From NCBI GenBank assembly GCA_965645245.1, contig OZ287075.1, forward strand, positions 1,364,001 through 1,428,000: 64,000 bases of DNA, given 5' to 3'. Made by a program: the position numbers and the translations under genes. Each line of letters opens with the position of its first letter. Position 1 is the stretch's first letter. Of this stretch, positions 21,721 through 36,131 are shown one piece after another. The DNA is from Massalongia carnosa (taxonomy: Eukaryota). The notes beneath the pieces were generated by a model that searched no databases, was not told the DNA's origin, and was given only the letters and a program-made list of their open reading frames with translations.

Positions 21721-23730
21721 TCAAAATGGATCCCCGTTTCTTGTCCCCCTTTCTCCAAGGTCTACTCCTCTTGCACCATCCGCTTCCTTGTTCCCGTCTC
21801 TTTCTCGTTGACTTCCGCTCCAGACTTTCCACTCTTCCTCTAGCTGGCTCGGAGACGAGCTTCGATTTTGGTAAGGGTTTGACGCCGCAGGAGGAAGCTG
21901 CGCACCATGATGTCCTATGTCCTGGTTACCAAGGGCGGGTTTTGGAGCTCTTGGCTCTCTGGATGAAGTATCCTCAGCACCATGGTGCTTATAGGAGTTT
22001 TTGGGGGGGGAATGCACAGCTTGACGGTGATCTGGATTCTGACTAAAGCGATTCATGGTGCTGATATCAATGGCTGATTTTTCTTTTTTGGAGAGCTCCG
22101 ATCGGTCAGATCGGGAGTAAGGACCAGACTGAGGCATGACCTGAGCATGGGAGAGGAGCTTTTCTTCTTCGCCCTCACCAATAGGGCGATAACGCACTGG
22201 CTTGCCGCTGGAATAATGATAGGTTTCGTCTCTTCGAGTGGTGACAAGGTCATTGCTGTTAAAATTATTGCTGGTCGTGGGAGCCGGTGATCTAATTGGT
22301 TCTAGACCGGTCCCTGGGACCGAGCTTTTGTAGCTGATGTCTTGTTCTCGCGTCCTTCGGCCCACGGCGAACCACTTAAATCCTCGACCAACAGCTTTGA
22401 CAAGATCCCAAGGGTTAAATGCGTCCATCAGGGCGTTGAAGCCTAGCCAGCCACCTTGGTAGGCAGTTTTGGGGTCAGGAAGATACCCGGGAAGGGACTC
22501 CGAGGCGACTATGTGGGAGCGTCTAATGTCGTAAACATTCCATGGAAAGGCCCAAAGGTGAAAGACAGAAAAGATGGCCATTTCAATGCAAAGGAGGAAG
22601 GACGGGATGCCAACTTTAATGTCTGGCGTCACGAATCGTTTACTGGGCTTGATGACTCCGGTAGATGTAAGAAACGAGATCAGGAGCTTAAATCAGCGTT
22701 AGAGAGTGGCTCATGATGGCATAAGTGGAGAATATGATGATTTTTCTTACAGTCTGCCAGAAGGAAAGAAATATAACAAGCTTTATGGCTGCAACTTTGA
22801 GCAAAGGCCTGTGTTCGGCAAGATCGTGTTTAAGCTGAATATAAAATTGAATTAGACAGTACATGGCTATGGTGACGCAGCCACCTTCAATAACCATAAC
22901 CTAATATTGTAAATTAGCTTGGGGAACATGAGGGATAGGCTCAAAAGGGCCCTACCCAAACATGCGCAAAAGCCGGATTTAGCGACTCCAGACAGTATCT
23001 CCCAGTCGCTTGAGTAACCAGCGCAACAAGTGTCATGAAGACCCGCACAAAGCAATACTGAAAGACCCCAAACCAAATAATCTGCAGCTTGTGTCAGCAT
23101 TGAGAATCGCAACAAACTTTCAGATTCTGCTACATTAAACCACGTCAATCCGCTTCTTGGCGTCCGGCATATTCCCTTCTCGCCTCCACAGCACTTCTTG
23201 AACCAGCTCAGCGGAAGCACCCATCCCCTTGGCCGAAGCGTCCTGAAGTAGTCCTTCTGGCTATGCAGATCAGGTGCAGTATAGTGGCAAAGTAACCCAA
23301 AGAAACTAGCAATGGCGAAGGCTTCGTAGCAGTCTCGGACTACTTCAAAATATACAGCATGTCGGTAATAGAAGTAGGATAGGAAAGAAACAGTGGCGTA
23401 AATAGGAACCATGAAGAGCACTCGAATGATACTCGTTGGTTGTCAGCGCTTCTGGAAGGTTCCGCGATATATTCCGACTTACTGCCGCTGCTCCCATGGT
23501 TTGTAGTAGTGCGATGCATGCCGCCATATCAGGTAACAAGATGTGAGAACTGCGATCAGAGCAAAACTAGCAGATACTATGAGGCCAAAACGGTGAAAGG
23601 TCATGCCCCGCCATACGGGGTCTTCCTCGACTAAGGGTTATTGTCAGCATAGGGTTTCTATATGTTGTTTCGCCAATACCAGCCTACTTGTTTCAAACTC
23701 TGCGGTTGTATTACATGTAGGCCAGCCCAT
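21721..23730 (-). CDS. Organic solute transporter Ost-alpha / TMEM184 (DUF300) family membrane protein; multiple introns
   Basis: Motifs HALHYYKPWEQRH, IIRVLFMVPIYATVSFLS, VRDCYEAFAIASFFGLLCHY, GVFQYCFVRV, AMYCLIQFY, KVAAIKLVIFLSFWQ and LLCIEMAIFSVFHLWAFPW. Confidence 0.92.
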
Positions 23731-24390
23731 ATTAAATGACCTGAATGCGCTGCTTCTCGGAAACAGTGTTTGAAAAAAAGCGTTATTATTACGGATCAAG
23801 GTTTATATTAGGCGTTTGGCGCCCTCTCAATCAAGTTCTCAGAGGCTTTTGACAGTCTGCGCGAAGCAGGAAGAGTTGGTATGGTGTAGGCTTTTGGTAG
23901 AATGATATTGATAGGTGGCAGGCGCTTGCTTATAGCTGATGCGCCACAAGTACGAGTTACCGTGATGGTGTCCTGCTTACAGTTCCTTTCGGAGGTGAAG
24001 ACGATAAAGGAAGCTGAGTATACATTCCATTTATCTGAATTGGAAAGGGCAAAATCACTTTGATTCACATGAATTAGAGCCTGCTCGTCTGAGGTGGAAG
24101 ATGCATGCGCAGCGGCGCAAAGCTGTGAAGTTGAGGAAGGATGTTCATCCCTTAGGATCTCAGGCTAATGAATAATGCGCCAAATTTAGTTCGCAAATAT
24201 GTGGCGCGGGGTTGCAAGGTAGGTTGTTAGTGGCGTTAAAAAGTTACGGGGGATAATCTACTCGTAATCACGAAGCAGGTAGCTATGGACCATGAAGATT
24301 ATTTCACGAGACAACCACGAGCCGTTCGATTATTTATTTCCGACCGGCTGATATAATGTACATGCTTCACACAAGAACTTGAAAATCCAT

Positions 24391-26550
24391 TTAGCGCCTG
24401 TCTCTCCAGGTATCCCCTCTATAGCCTCCTCCCCTTCGCGAATATCCACCACTGTGGCCACCTCCCCTTCCTCCGCTTCCTCCCCTCCCACGCGAGCTAT
24501 ATTCTGGCCCTCGGTCCACAAGAACTTCCTCCTCGAAGGTATATTTCCTCATCTCGCCTCCTTTGCCTCCCCCACGACTAGCGTCGAGCTTGTCAAGTCT
24601 TTTATCCACCCTTAGCTTGTCAACAGGGAGGTAATAGAGCTTTGGCTTAGCGGCTGTAGACTTAAAGAGATCGTCTAACGCCTGGAACCCCTTTCCATGA
24701 TCCGCTTTCGAAGCATCCCCTGAATGCGGCGGCCTCCGCTCTACCTCTCTGATTCGGGGTCCCAGAGGGGCTCCAAGCACCCCTTGCCCAACCTCTGCTC
24801 TTAATGAATGTGGCTGTATTGGCCTGGGGGCAGTGCTATTCGAACCTGCTTCTTGCAAGTACGCTTTGATTCCATCTTCTTCATCTTCGTAAACAACCTC
24901 CCATCGCTTCGCTGATTGACCTCGCGAGCTCGGTGCTGCTTGCTCAACTTCGATCCACTTCTTAATTTTCTCTTCTGGTACAAAATCTACCCACAACGGT
25001 CTCCGGGTCCTCTCATCTGGCCACACTCGACTGTGTAGACTCGATCGAACTCTCGATGCTGCTGAGGTATTAACAAAGGCCACCAGGCAGTGCGTTCGAA
25101 CTGCGTCAAGAAAAAATTCTGTAACTATCTGCGCATCAGGCGTGATATTTGAGGGGGTAGCAAGAGCAATGAGGTGTTCTTTGAGATTTTCCGGCTTAAG
25201 CGGCCGCATGAAGTCACGGATATATAGTGCAGATGTTGCTGGATGAATTGCAGAACTAACGACTCGATCTTCCAGATCAGAATACGAAGCTTGCTGTATT
25301 GGTGAATCTTCACACTTGGAAGACCCTGTAAATAAATTCTTAAATCTCGTATCTGATGGCGAATGCTTCGCAGGTAATTCTTCTTTGGGAGGTTGCAAGG
25401 ATAATTCGGTGGTATCAATTTGCGTAACCTTCAGAGCTTCTGATACTTGATGACCTGGAGGCACTTCATGTATTACAGTGTTGTCATCCATTGATTCCAC
25501 GAGATTGGTCGTGATAGAATCACTGATAATAATGTCGGAGTGTGGCAGTTTTGAATCCTTTGATACATAATGAACCGGAGGCACTGGATCAGACACATGG
25601 TCTATTATGTTGACTGCAGAAGGCCCTGTATCACCGTGCATTAAAGAAATTGTGGTTGACTCAATATCTTCTAGTAGCTGGTGTTGAGAAACGTCTGTCA
25701 TGGAGGTATCTTCGGGCTGTCCAACTCTCTCATCATCGGGCTTCTCAAAATTCTCAGCCACCCCATCTTGTAACGCTTTCATATCGACATCTTCTGGAAG
25801 CTTTACATCTGGCCTAGAATCATTCATATCCTTTATCTTCGCCCTCTTCTGAGCGGTTTCTACCGATGAAACCGGTGGACTCTGGCTCTTTCGCTTTCTT
25901 TTCTTGCTATCTTCAAGAAATTCTTTCGCGATTGTTTTTGCTTCCGCAGCTTCAGCGAATACACTATTGGTTACAAGGGGCGGTTCCTCCGTCCTTGGCT
26001 GGTTTGGATGTTCCATTTCCAACGTCTCCTGAGGAGCGCTAACCTTAACAATGCCAGCTGATGTTAAGTTCTCTGACACTTCACTGACTAATATATTCCT
26101 CTCTTGGACTTCTATATCAAACTTCGTGCTGAGCGCACCAATACCGATAGAAGGTTCCTGCTGGACTGGGTCTTTTAGCGCTATAGGAGTATTCTCAATT
26201 TCTTGGCTAAGCTGATTAGAATCAATAGGTGCCGGATTTCCATCCTCCGCAACTACAATGCTTTGCACCGGTGGTTCTGGAGATTGTAGTTCATTATGGT
26301 CCAGGCCATTGATCACCCTTCCGGTATCTTCCTGATCTTGTGCCTCTAAAACAACAGCGATGCCGTCGGATTGAGTAACAGGTAGCGCTGTAGTTTGAGG
26401 ATTTATTGTTGACTCGTCTTCACGTCTTTGCGCATCTGACTCAATTAGTCGGCTTACCAAGACTGGTTTGAGACCAGTCTTCGGCAGCCCACGACTCACA
26501 AGTTCTTCTCGAAGCTTGACAACGGTCAGTTTGGTATACTCGATCGTCAT
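24391..26550 (-). CDS. Acinus-like protein (SAP domain, RRM, RNPS1-SAP18-binding motif, RGG tail); intronless
   Basis: N-terminal SAP domain YTKLTVVKLREELVSRGLPKTGLKPVLVSRL. Acinus-type RRM ALYIRDFMRP...FFLDAVRTHCLV...LHSRVWP...LWVDF. RSB-like LDDLFKSTAAKPKLYYLP. First ATG is at 26550. Confidence 0.88.
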   Translation of the reverse strand: MTIEYTKLTVVKLREELVSRGLPKTGLKPVLVSRLIESDAQRREDESTINPQTTALPVTQSDGIAVVLEAQDQEDTGRVINGLDHNELQSPEPPVQSIVVAEDGNPAPIDSNQLSQEIENTPIALKDPVQQEPSIGIGALSTKFDIEVQERNILVSEVSENLTSAGIVKVSAPQETLEMEHPNQPRTEEPPLVTNSVFAEAAEAKTIAKEFLEDSKKRKRKSQSPPVSSVETAQKRAKIKDMNDSRPDVKLPEDVDMKALQDGVAENFEKPDDERVGQPEDTSMTDVSQHQLLEDIESTTISLMHGDTGPSAVNIIDHVSDPVPPVHYVSKDSKLPHSDIIISDSITTNLVESMDDNTVIHEVPPGHQVSEALKVTQIDTTELSLQPPKEELPAKHSPSDTRFKNLFTGSSKCEDSPIQQASYSDLEDRVVSSAIHPATSALYIRDFMRPLKPENLKEHLIALATPSNITPDAQIVTEFFLDAVRTHCLVAFVNTSAASRVRSSLHSRVWPDERTRRPLWVDFVPEEKIKKWIEVEQAAPSSRGQSAKRWEVVYEDEEDGIKAYLQEAGSNSTAPRPIQPHSLRAEVGQGVLGAPLGPRIREVERRPPHSGDASKADHGKGFQALDDLFKSTAAKPKLYYLPVDKLRVDKRLDKLDASRGGGKGGEMRKYTFEEEVLVDRGPEYSSRGRGGSGGRGGGHSGGYSRRGGGYRGDTWRDRR

Positions 26551-28481
26551 ATTGAGTTTAAACTTCTGCAATGGGTAGCAAAAATATAGTAATTGAACTT
26601 GTTTGTCGCGTTGGAAGTCTTAAGGTTCGAAAACTAGGCTCTCGTTCTACAACTATGCGATAAATGGGTCTTATTGGTTCACCGGTCCGAAGTGTCTCCG
26701 ATAAGTAATTTCGAAACTTAACTAGACACTACTAACAGCTCTACAATTGAATGGTAGTAGCACTACTATCATTCCGGTTCGGCAACAAGCCACCAGTTCG
26801 AGTCTTGAAACTCGCACTGATATGATTTTTCCCGAATTACTAACTGAACAGAGAAGAGACGTACAAAGTAGCAGCAGAGTCACTGGCCAGGCCTCGTGAT
26901 GCCAGCTCTCTATCCCTTCAATATGATCTAATAAATCTATTGTAAATAGATCTTAACATCCAACGGAAACCATCACTCATTGCTATTTTGGAACTCTTTT
27001 TTTGTCCTTCGAAACTAAGACAACAGATAAATGACGTCCTAATTTCAAAATCATTTTTAAATCATACGAAATGTCAGAATCATTATCATCTGTCATTTCA
27101 AAGGAAAGAGCATCGACATACCGAAAAAATCAAATAATTAAGTTGAAGTAAAAAGAGCGGCTGTGATTGAAGGAAAACATACATTTCAAGCTAATGAGTT
27201 ATAGCATGCAGATTTCGGCGCCCTGAGTGCATCTTGAGATCTTCGAATGTCACCACACAGGCTGATGCGGTTCATCATCCATAAACTTCTTCATAGCCTT
27301 CCTTTATCAAAAGAATTTCCGATATTCTAGCCAATGAGTGTGCGAAATGTATGGATATGATTAGCGAAAATGAAGACCATTGAAAGATCAAGATAGGCCC
27401 CAACCTTTTGAAATTCTGGAACTGTCTGCCTAGGTCATACTAAGAAGAAATACACACGTTAGATGATGATGAAGGGGGAGGCCCTACAATATAGCTTCAC
27501 CGACTTAGCTTAGTATACTCAATGAATGATCAAGGTGCCTATTTCTCGGAAGAGGTTATTTTTAACTCTACATCTCTCCACATAGGCTTGATTTGGACAA
27601 ATTTGGGGGCATGTTGGAGTAGGGATTTTAGCTAAGACTTTTTGCAAAATGGGGGTACATAAAACTCCTTTTCCATAAATGTTTGCTAGAAGTCAAAACC
27701 ATGGAAGGTGAGCAGTCTACCAAGTCAAGACTGTAATTATTTCGGCGAGTAACTTACGCCTCATATAGGGTGCTTTGCTGGTTTGTCTGTAATACATGAT
27801 GACTAGGTCGATTCATGCAGACAAGTCGAGTTACGTTGACAAAGAATGACCTAGTGAATGCACACCCAGGGACACGTTACAACTTCATGAGTTTTCAACC
27901 ATAGAAACTCGAGCTACCAAGATACAGAATAGATTAAAAAAATCTAGAATAAATAGAGAATGCTCTAACAAGCACTATACCAAGGCATCCACATTTTTCC
28001 CGGTTGGAATGAGTCCAAATGATAAACAAGATAGGGCGAAGACTAATCTGAATTACTGAAGACTCTAGATGGACTTAGATACATCACTGATGAAATCTCG
28101 CGAGGCAGGAGAAACTCGACTATGAAGACGTGGATCTCGCAGAATCTATTGGCAAATGGCCTGAATATGCCTTGGCGCCGCCTCGGAACTTTGCTTGTAA
28201 CGCCGAACTTTGGGGTTGGCGTCAGAGCATCTAGTTTATATCAACGTATCTTGACTTAGTATTGTAATCAAAAAGAAAATGTCCTATCGCCCCTATGATG
28301 TACCCAAAAACACCCAAAGAGATCTACAAAAAGTGCTTTCCCCTAATTTAAGAAAGACCATCCATGGCAACAGCAACATGCCCAAGAACGTTATCGACAC
28401 ATCATGTAGGTCTTTAGTGACGCAAAACACTCCTTCCTCTATAGGTGTTGGCTTATGCTCAGCCATGCTAGGAAGATCAGC

Positions 28482-29998
<1,517 letters not shown>

Positions 29999-30655
29999 TT
30001 TGCGGAATGATTGTCATGCTGAAGTCTTGGGGGTCTTGAAGAAATATAATGAGTCGGGGGCACACAGCGGGCGGCTGGTACGTGATGACATTATCGGGAT
30101 TATGGATATGTGGAGTGGATTGAAGGGAAGCAAGGGCTCTGTAGTTGGTAGGAGGTTCTATTGAATCTGTTGGGCCAACTTTCAAGTCCGCCAGACCTGG
30201 ATTTGTTAAGAGTAGTAATGGCCGTAATCTACGCCCCTCTCAGCCCCTCTTCCTGTCAGGGTCCAATATCCCTGCACCTTCTTCCGTACTGTACGGAGTA
30301 ACTACTCCATCACACTGAAATAGCCAAAACTCTGCAAGCGAACGCAATAGAACATCAAACAATAATAAAGTACATTAGAACCGAGAGCACGCTGAGAAAA
30401 ACGAGATTACATGAGAGAGTAGACTAGATGAATAGAGGTCGTTTAAAGCCCGTGAAATCAAATTCTGGTTAGCATCGCGGTGGATTTCGCTTTGTATTGC
30501 CCCCAATAGGAATACGGACACTAAGAACGAATCCAAGATCCCAATCTCTATATTTCATTGTTAACAAACATAGTGCATAGTAGGCTTGTTCTATGGCCAT
30601 AACAGTACAATAATTACGTCAAGTATATTCCATAACCTATTATTGGATGCATCCT

Positions 30656-31546
30656 TCAATCCTTCCTAGTCCTAGTATTGAGGATGAGAGCAACAATGAG
30701 CCTGGATCTGGGTAAGAAGAGAGCCAAATAGACTGTCGTCGATAAGCACAGCTTACCCGTAGAGACCCAAGACCTCGCCAAATATCAGTACCAGTACCAT
30801 CCCAACGAATATCCTTGATTGCAACATATATGATCGGACTCCCTGACAGACTTTAGCAATGTTGTAAAATTAAACTACATACGTAATCGAATAACTTACC
30901 ATATCACCCACAACGCCTATGGTGTACCCTGCTGCAAGTCCTGTAAGACCAACAGAAAGCCCAGCGGCCAGATGCAGGAAACCACTGTAACGAAAGTGTT
31001 AACTTGTCTTGTAGAATATATACTCCCTGGAACAGCTCACTTATATAATGGGTAATGCGTGTCAGGAGGGGGGTTCAGGTCACTCGATATGAGGACCGAG
31101 ATAACAAGGGAATAGACGGCAATAATTCCAGCCATGACCACTGGAATGAGCGACTATGTGTATCGACAGGTAAGTAGACTCCCTGTACAACCTTGACAGG
31201 CAGCAAATACCTTCATAATCAAATCTGGTCTGAAAGTTCCCACTCCTGCTATTCCTATGCCTGATTTTGCGGTGCCATATGCTGCTCCAGCGCCTGCACC
31301 ATTAGCTGTAAGCGTATGCCTAATAATGGGCATTTGAAAGGTACAAATGTACATCCAAATATCATCTAGGAGAGTCAGAATTATACGTATTAGGTACGAT
31401 AGGTGTGGAGCTGGTTAACCAACCGCAAATGCAATACCACCCTATGGGTTTCGTCAGTACTTGTAGTGGGCATGAACATTGCTTTGCAGTGCACATACCA
31501 TGCCAAAGAATGGCGCAAAGTCGGGGGAGAGTTCGCTTTCCCTCAT
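30656..31546 (-). CDS. VMA11: V-ATPase V0 proteolipid subunit c'; 7 introns with microexons 31424-31441 and 31353-31365
   Basis: [75 protein letters not shown]...|[12 protein letters not shown]...|[56 protein letters not shown] is typical of c' rather than c (Vma3). Confidence 0.92.
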
Positions 31547-32275
31547 AATTGGAGTGACCGCAGGTGGTTGTTGCCCAGTTGGAGCCTAGGGGTACCACAG
31601 AGAACGTTGTAAAGAGACACTTTGAGTGTCTCTAATCCAAGCCCGGGATGGTTGATGCGGGGAAGACGGAAAATTGATGAAGGCAAGTTTTTAGTGAATA
31701 GAATGCAATGAGAAAGTGTCTGGAGCAGGTGCGGTGGGGGTAGCCCGAGACAGAATAGCGATGTCACAGTCCGTTCAAATTCTCATCCTCGCCGTTTTTC
31801 ATGAATTACTTCCTCCAGATATCTAACTTAAGGTACTTCTCACCCACACCTCGATCTAGGAAGATCAATTCACTATTCTCTACTTGTATAATATGGCGTC
31901 CTAGGTAAATAGCGAGAAATAAGAGAGAGTACATCCTCATCGATACATAAACAATATCGTCAACCGCTGCGTTCGCCGGCATTCCCTTCCGACTCCTCTG
32001 CGAGTCACATAACTACCCTACACCTCAAATATCGGCGTAATTACGTCACCGAGTAGCTTTATGCTGAGCAACTAGGCTTCTCGTAACTCTTGATAGCGTT
32101 TGCTGGTACACGAGTCATTCCATGCGGCGGACAATCGCAACCCTACTCCTATTGCCGCCTTCGAATACGGGGACGCACGTTTTCGATTAGAACGGCGCCA
32201 CCTTAGACCCTTCTTCAGCAATTTGTTCTGAAGACACTCTGAGGGATTTCTGTACCATCTTGAGGGCGAAGGAGG

Positions 32276-35200
32276 ATGGCGGACTATAGCGTTCAGCAAG
32301 GGCGCAATACACGACCCAACAACTATGGCCACGCATCATCATATCAAAGAGATGCTGCGTTCTCAAATATATTCGGTGCGGCTCCACCTCCAGGAAGGTC
32401 CCAAACCATGGGCTCGCCATCAGCTCCGTTGGCTTCTGAAAGATCCCAGTCAATTTCATCGCAGACTCCTATGCCAGCTCAAGTTCCAGCAGAAAACCCT
32501 ACTCCACGCCCTTTTCCCCAGCGACAACAGCAAAATGGATATCATCCGCCAGGTACCAACGGGCCATACCAAGGTCAGCGTCAAAGTAGTGGCCTGGTGC
32601 AGCCACAGCCAAATCCTCAATATCTTCCACAGCCATTAAGTTCTGATCGACGTCCTTATCCACAACCCCAGCGCATTGAGTCTAGACAACACCTTCCACC
32701 ACAATATAATAGAACACAGCCCAACCGAGGTTATCCCGCAAACCTATCAGACTCTTACAAACCGATTCCTAATCGAGGTTATCCGACTGATCCCGCTGCG
32801 AGCTTAGATCCATATCGAACCCGGTCCATGGCGTCTATGACGGCTCTATCATCACAGAACCCACAGATGAATAATTACAATCAAGCCTCCGCTAACTCAT
32901 TTCGCCAACAGCCTTATCAATCAATGACATCCCGAACTACGGCTCAAGGACGAGTTGTCCCAGAAAGGCAGGATGAGAGAGCAATGTCAATGAGCGCTTT
33001 CTCAGCGGATAGAGATCATAACCAGACTATGAGTGGGAGGGTGATCCCTAATAGGAGACGAGAATCAGGAGTGGAGCTTCCAGCGATGGAGATTCCTGCA
33101 CAAGACCCTGCTTTGTCTCACTCTCGCGCTACCTCGACCTCAACGATTGGACGTTCGCAAGCAAATCCGCCGTCACGAACGATGTCAATGGCTTCCACTG
33201 TGGTCTCATCATCGGAGCGGAGTGATTCTCTGCAGCATAGGCCTTCTCTGCAAAACAACACTGGAAGTAATGCAAGCGCTGTGATCTCCGCGCAGAGCAG
33301 AGCCCCTCTTGTCTATCCTGCTCTCTTGTCGAGGGTAGCGGAGGTCTTCCGTGAAAGGATTGCGGCGGGAGATCGTAGCAAAAACGACCTATCCTACAAG
33401 TTTGCTTTCACTGGTGGCGAAGCTGTTGACCTGATCTCATACATTATCAAGACTACCGATCGAAACCTAGCACTACTTCTTGGGCGCGCGCTTGATGCAC
33501 AGAAGTTTTTTCACGATGTTACCTATGATCATCGGCTGCGAGATTCGGCGACAGAGATTTACCAATTTCGGGAGTCGTTGATGGAGGATACTTCCACAAA
33601 TGTTAATGGCGTCTTTACTCTGTTGACCGAATGTTATTCACCTACTTGCACGAGGGATCGATTGTGCTATTCAATCGCCTGCCCGCGCCGTTTGGAACAG
33701 CAAGCAAGGCTAAATCTAAAACCACAGCCGGGGCTCAGACGGCAACAATCATCAGCCAGTTTACATGGCGATGAGAACGATGAGCAGAAGCTTTGGATTA
33801 ATACCGTATCCAAAGAGGTCGCAGATAGCGTCGGGGATAGGGAAAAAAAGCGGCAGGAGGTGATTTCAGAGCTCATGTACACAGAGCGTGATTTCGTTAA
33901 AGATTTGGAATATCTTAACGACTTCTGGATGAAGCCACTTCGTTCAGCAAATCCACTAAATCCTTCCCCAATTCCTGAGCATCGTCGAGAAAAATTCATA
34001 AAAAATGTATTTTCCAATAGTATGGAGGTGCATGGCGTAAACTCGCGGATGGCAGAAGCATTGACAAGGAGGCAACAGGAAAATCCCGTGGTCCGGAACG
34101 TTGGGGATATATTTTTGAGCTTCGTCCCCAGATTCGGTCCATTTATAAAATATGGGGCTAATCAGCTCAATGGGAAATATGAGTTCGAAAAGGAGCGATC
34201 AGAGAACCCTCTGTTTTCAAGATTTGTCGATGAAACGGAAAGGCTTAAGGAGTCTCGAAAATTGGAGCTTAATGGATACTTGACAAAACCGACGACCAGA
34301 TTAGCAAGATACCCTCTACTTCTCGAAAATATTGTCAAGTACACCGCCGAGGATAATCCGGATACCAAAGATATCCCTCAAGCTATTGCGATGATCAAGG
34401 AATTCCTGACCAGGGTCAATTACGAATCTGGAAAGGCGGAGAATCTCTTCAACTTAAGACAGCTCCAATTTCAACTGAAATGGGGCGCCGAGAAAGGCGA
34501 TCTTAAACTTCTTGAGGAAAATCGAGAGTTAGTCTACAAGGGGCCTTTGAAGAAATCTCCTACTGATTCCAGCGAGCTTTTTGTGTACCTGTTCAATCAT
34601 GCTTTGTTATTCACCAAGCATAGGACGGTGAACAAACAAGACGAGCTCAAGGTATACAAAAGGCCAATACCCCTAGAACTCCTAGTAATTACACAGATGG
34701 ATGAAGTTATTCCTAGATTAGGCATCGCTAAAAGACCTTCATCAGGTCTAATTCCAGGAGCAAAGGTTGCTATAAATGGACCTAAAATTGCGCCAAGCAC
34801 AAAAGAAGGGTATCCGATAACGTTTAAGCACATTGGCCGTGGCGGCTATGATCAGACTCTATACGCCCTTTCACATATTCAAAGACGTAAATGGATGGAG
34901 CATGTAGAGTCGCAGCAGAGTAAACTCCGAGAGAGAGGTAATTTCTATACTAAGACTATAGTCTGTGATGATTTCTTCTCCGGTGCCCATAAAGTCAACT
35001 GCCTTGTGCCTGTTGGTAAGTCTTCATGTTAGGCGCCTCCCATTGTGATTTAATCCGCTAAATTTTACTTAGATGGAGGACGGAAGCTTGTCTATGGAAC
35101 AGACTCGGGCATTTATGTATCAGAACGCCGGCCGAAAGTGGCCAGCGCAAAACCCAGACGTGTGCTCGAGCTTCCATCAGTCACGCAAGTTGATGTCCTG

Positions 35201-36131
35201 GAAGAATATCAGCTTCTTTTGGTTCTTTCGAATAAGATGCTCTTATCTTATTCCTTGGAAGTGCTGGATCCTAACGAGAGCCAATCCCCTTTGGTGAAGC
35301 GCCCAAAGAAGATTCAAAATCATGCCAATTTCTTCAAAGCTGGTGTATGTATGGGTAGACATTTGGTGTGTTCGGCCAAGATGTCTGGGATATCAACTAC
35401 CATCAAAGTTTTTGAGCCCAATGATGCTGTTTCAAGGGTGAAGAGACCGGCTATTGGTAGGATGTTCCAAAGCGGTCAAGATTCTTTGAAGCCTTTCAAG
35501 GTAATTTCCCCTTTTAGTGCTTAAGAATATTCAAACTGACATGAACACAGGAGTTCTACGTGCCTGCTGAATCAACATCCATTGACTTCCTTAGGTCGAA
35601 GCTTTGCGTCGCTTGTAGCCGCGGATTCGAAGTCGTTAGCCTTGAAACGCTTGAAACACAACCCCTGCTTGACCAAGCCGACACCTCTTTAGACTTTGTG
35701 AGCCGAAAGGAAGTCATTCCCATCTCGATCGAACGACTCAACGGTGAATTCCTTCTCCACTACTCAGAATACTCCTTTTTCGTCAATCGCAATGGCTGGC
35801 GCGCCCGACCGGATTGGCTTATTTGCTGGGAAGGCCGACCACAAACATTCGCTTTATCGCATCCTTATCTGCTCGCATTTGAGCCAAGTTTTATAGAAAT
35901 ACGCAACTTGGAAACAAGTGCTTTGGTGCATATTGTTACGGCGAAGAATATTCGCATGCTGCATTCTTCCACTAGAGAGGTTTGTTTATGCATTGATAGC
36001 TAGAAAAAATTTCGAGATGTTGTTGATATGCTAATTCCAGTTTCTAGATCCTGTACGCATACGAGGAGGACGGTGGTGAAGACGTGGTCGCCAGTTTAGA
36101 CTTCTGGACGAGACCACCGCCAAAGCAATAA
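32276..36131 (+). CDS. ROM2: Rho1 guanine nucleotide exchange factor (DEP-DH-PH-CNH); 3 introns (~35015-35072, 35501-35551, 35980-36047)
   Basis: DEP domain (AFTGGEAVD, ALDAQKFFHDVTYDHRLRD), ECYSPTC, DH domain (KRQEVISELMYTERDFVKDL, YLTKPTTRLARYPLLL), PH domain (YKRPIPLELL) and CNH domain (EFYVPAESTSIDFL, FVNRNGWR, AFEPSFIEIR). Confidence 0.96.

Noticed and set aside
26745..26820. tRNA-like B-box (GTTCGAGTC) with a nearby 10-bp hairpin
   Set aside because: No pairing acceptor stem or anticodon arm could be built and the T-stem is mismatched; at best a tRNA/SINE relic.
32720..32790. Duplicated PNRGYP peptide in the Rom2 N-terminus
   Set aside because: Small internal duplication in a disordered region; no evidence of special function.
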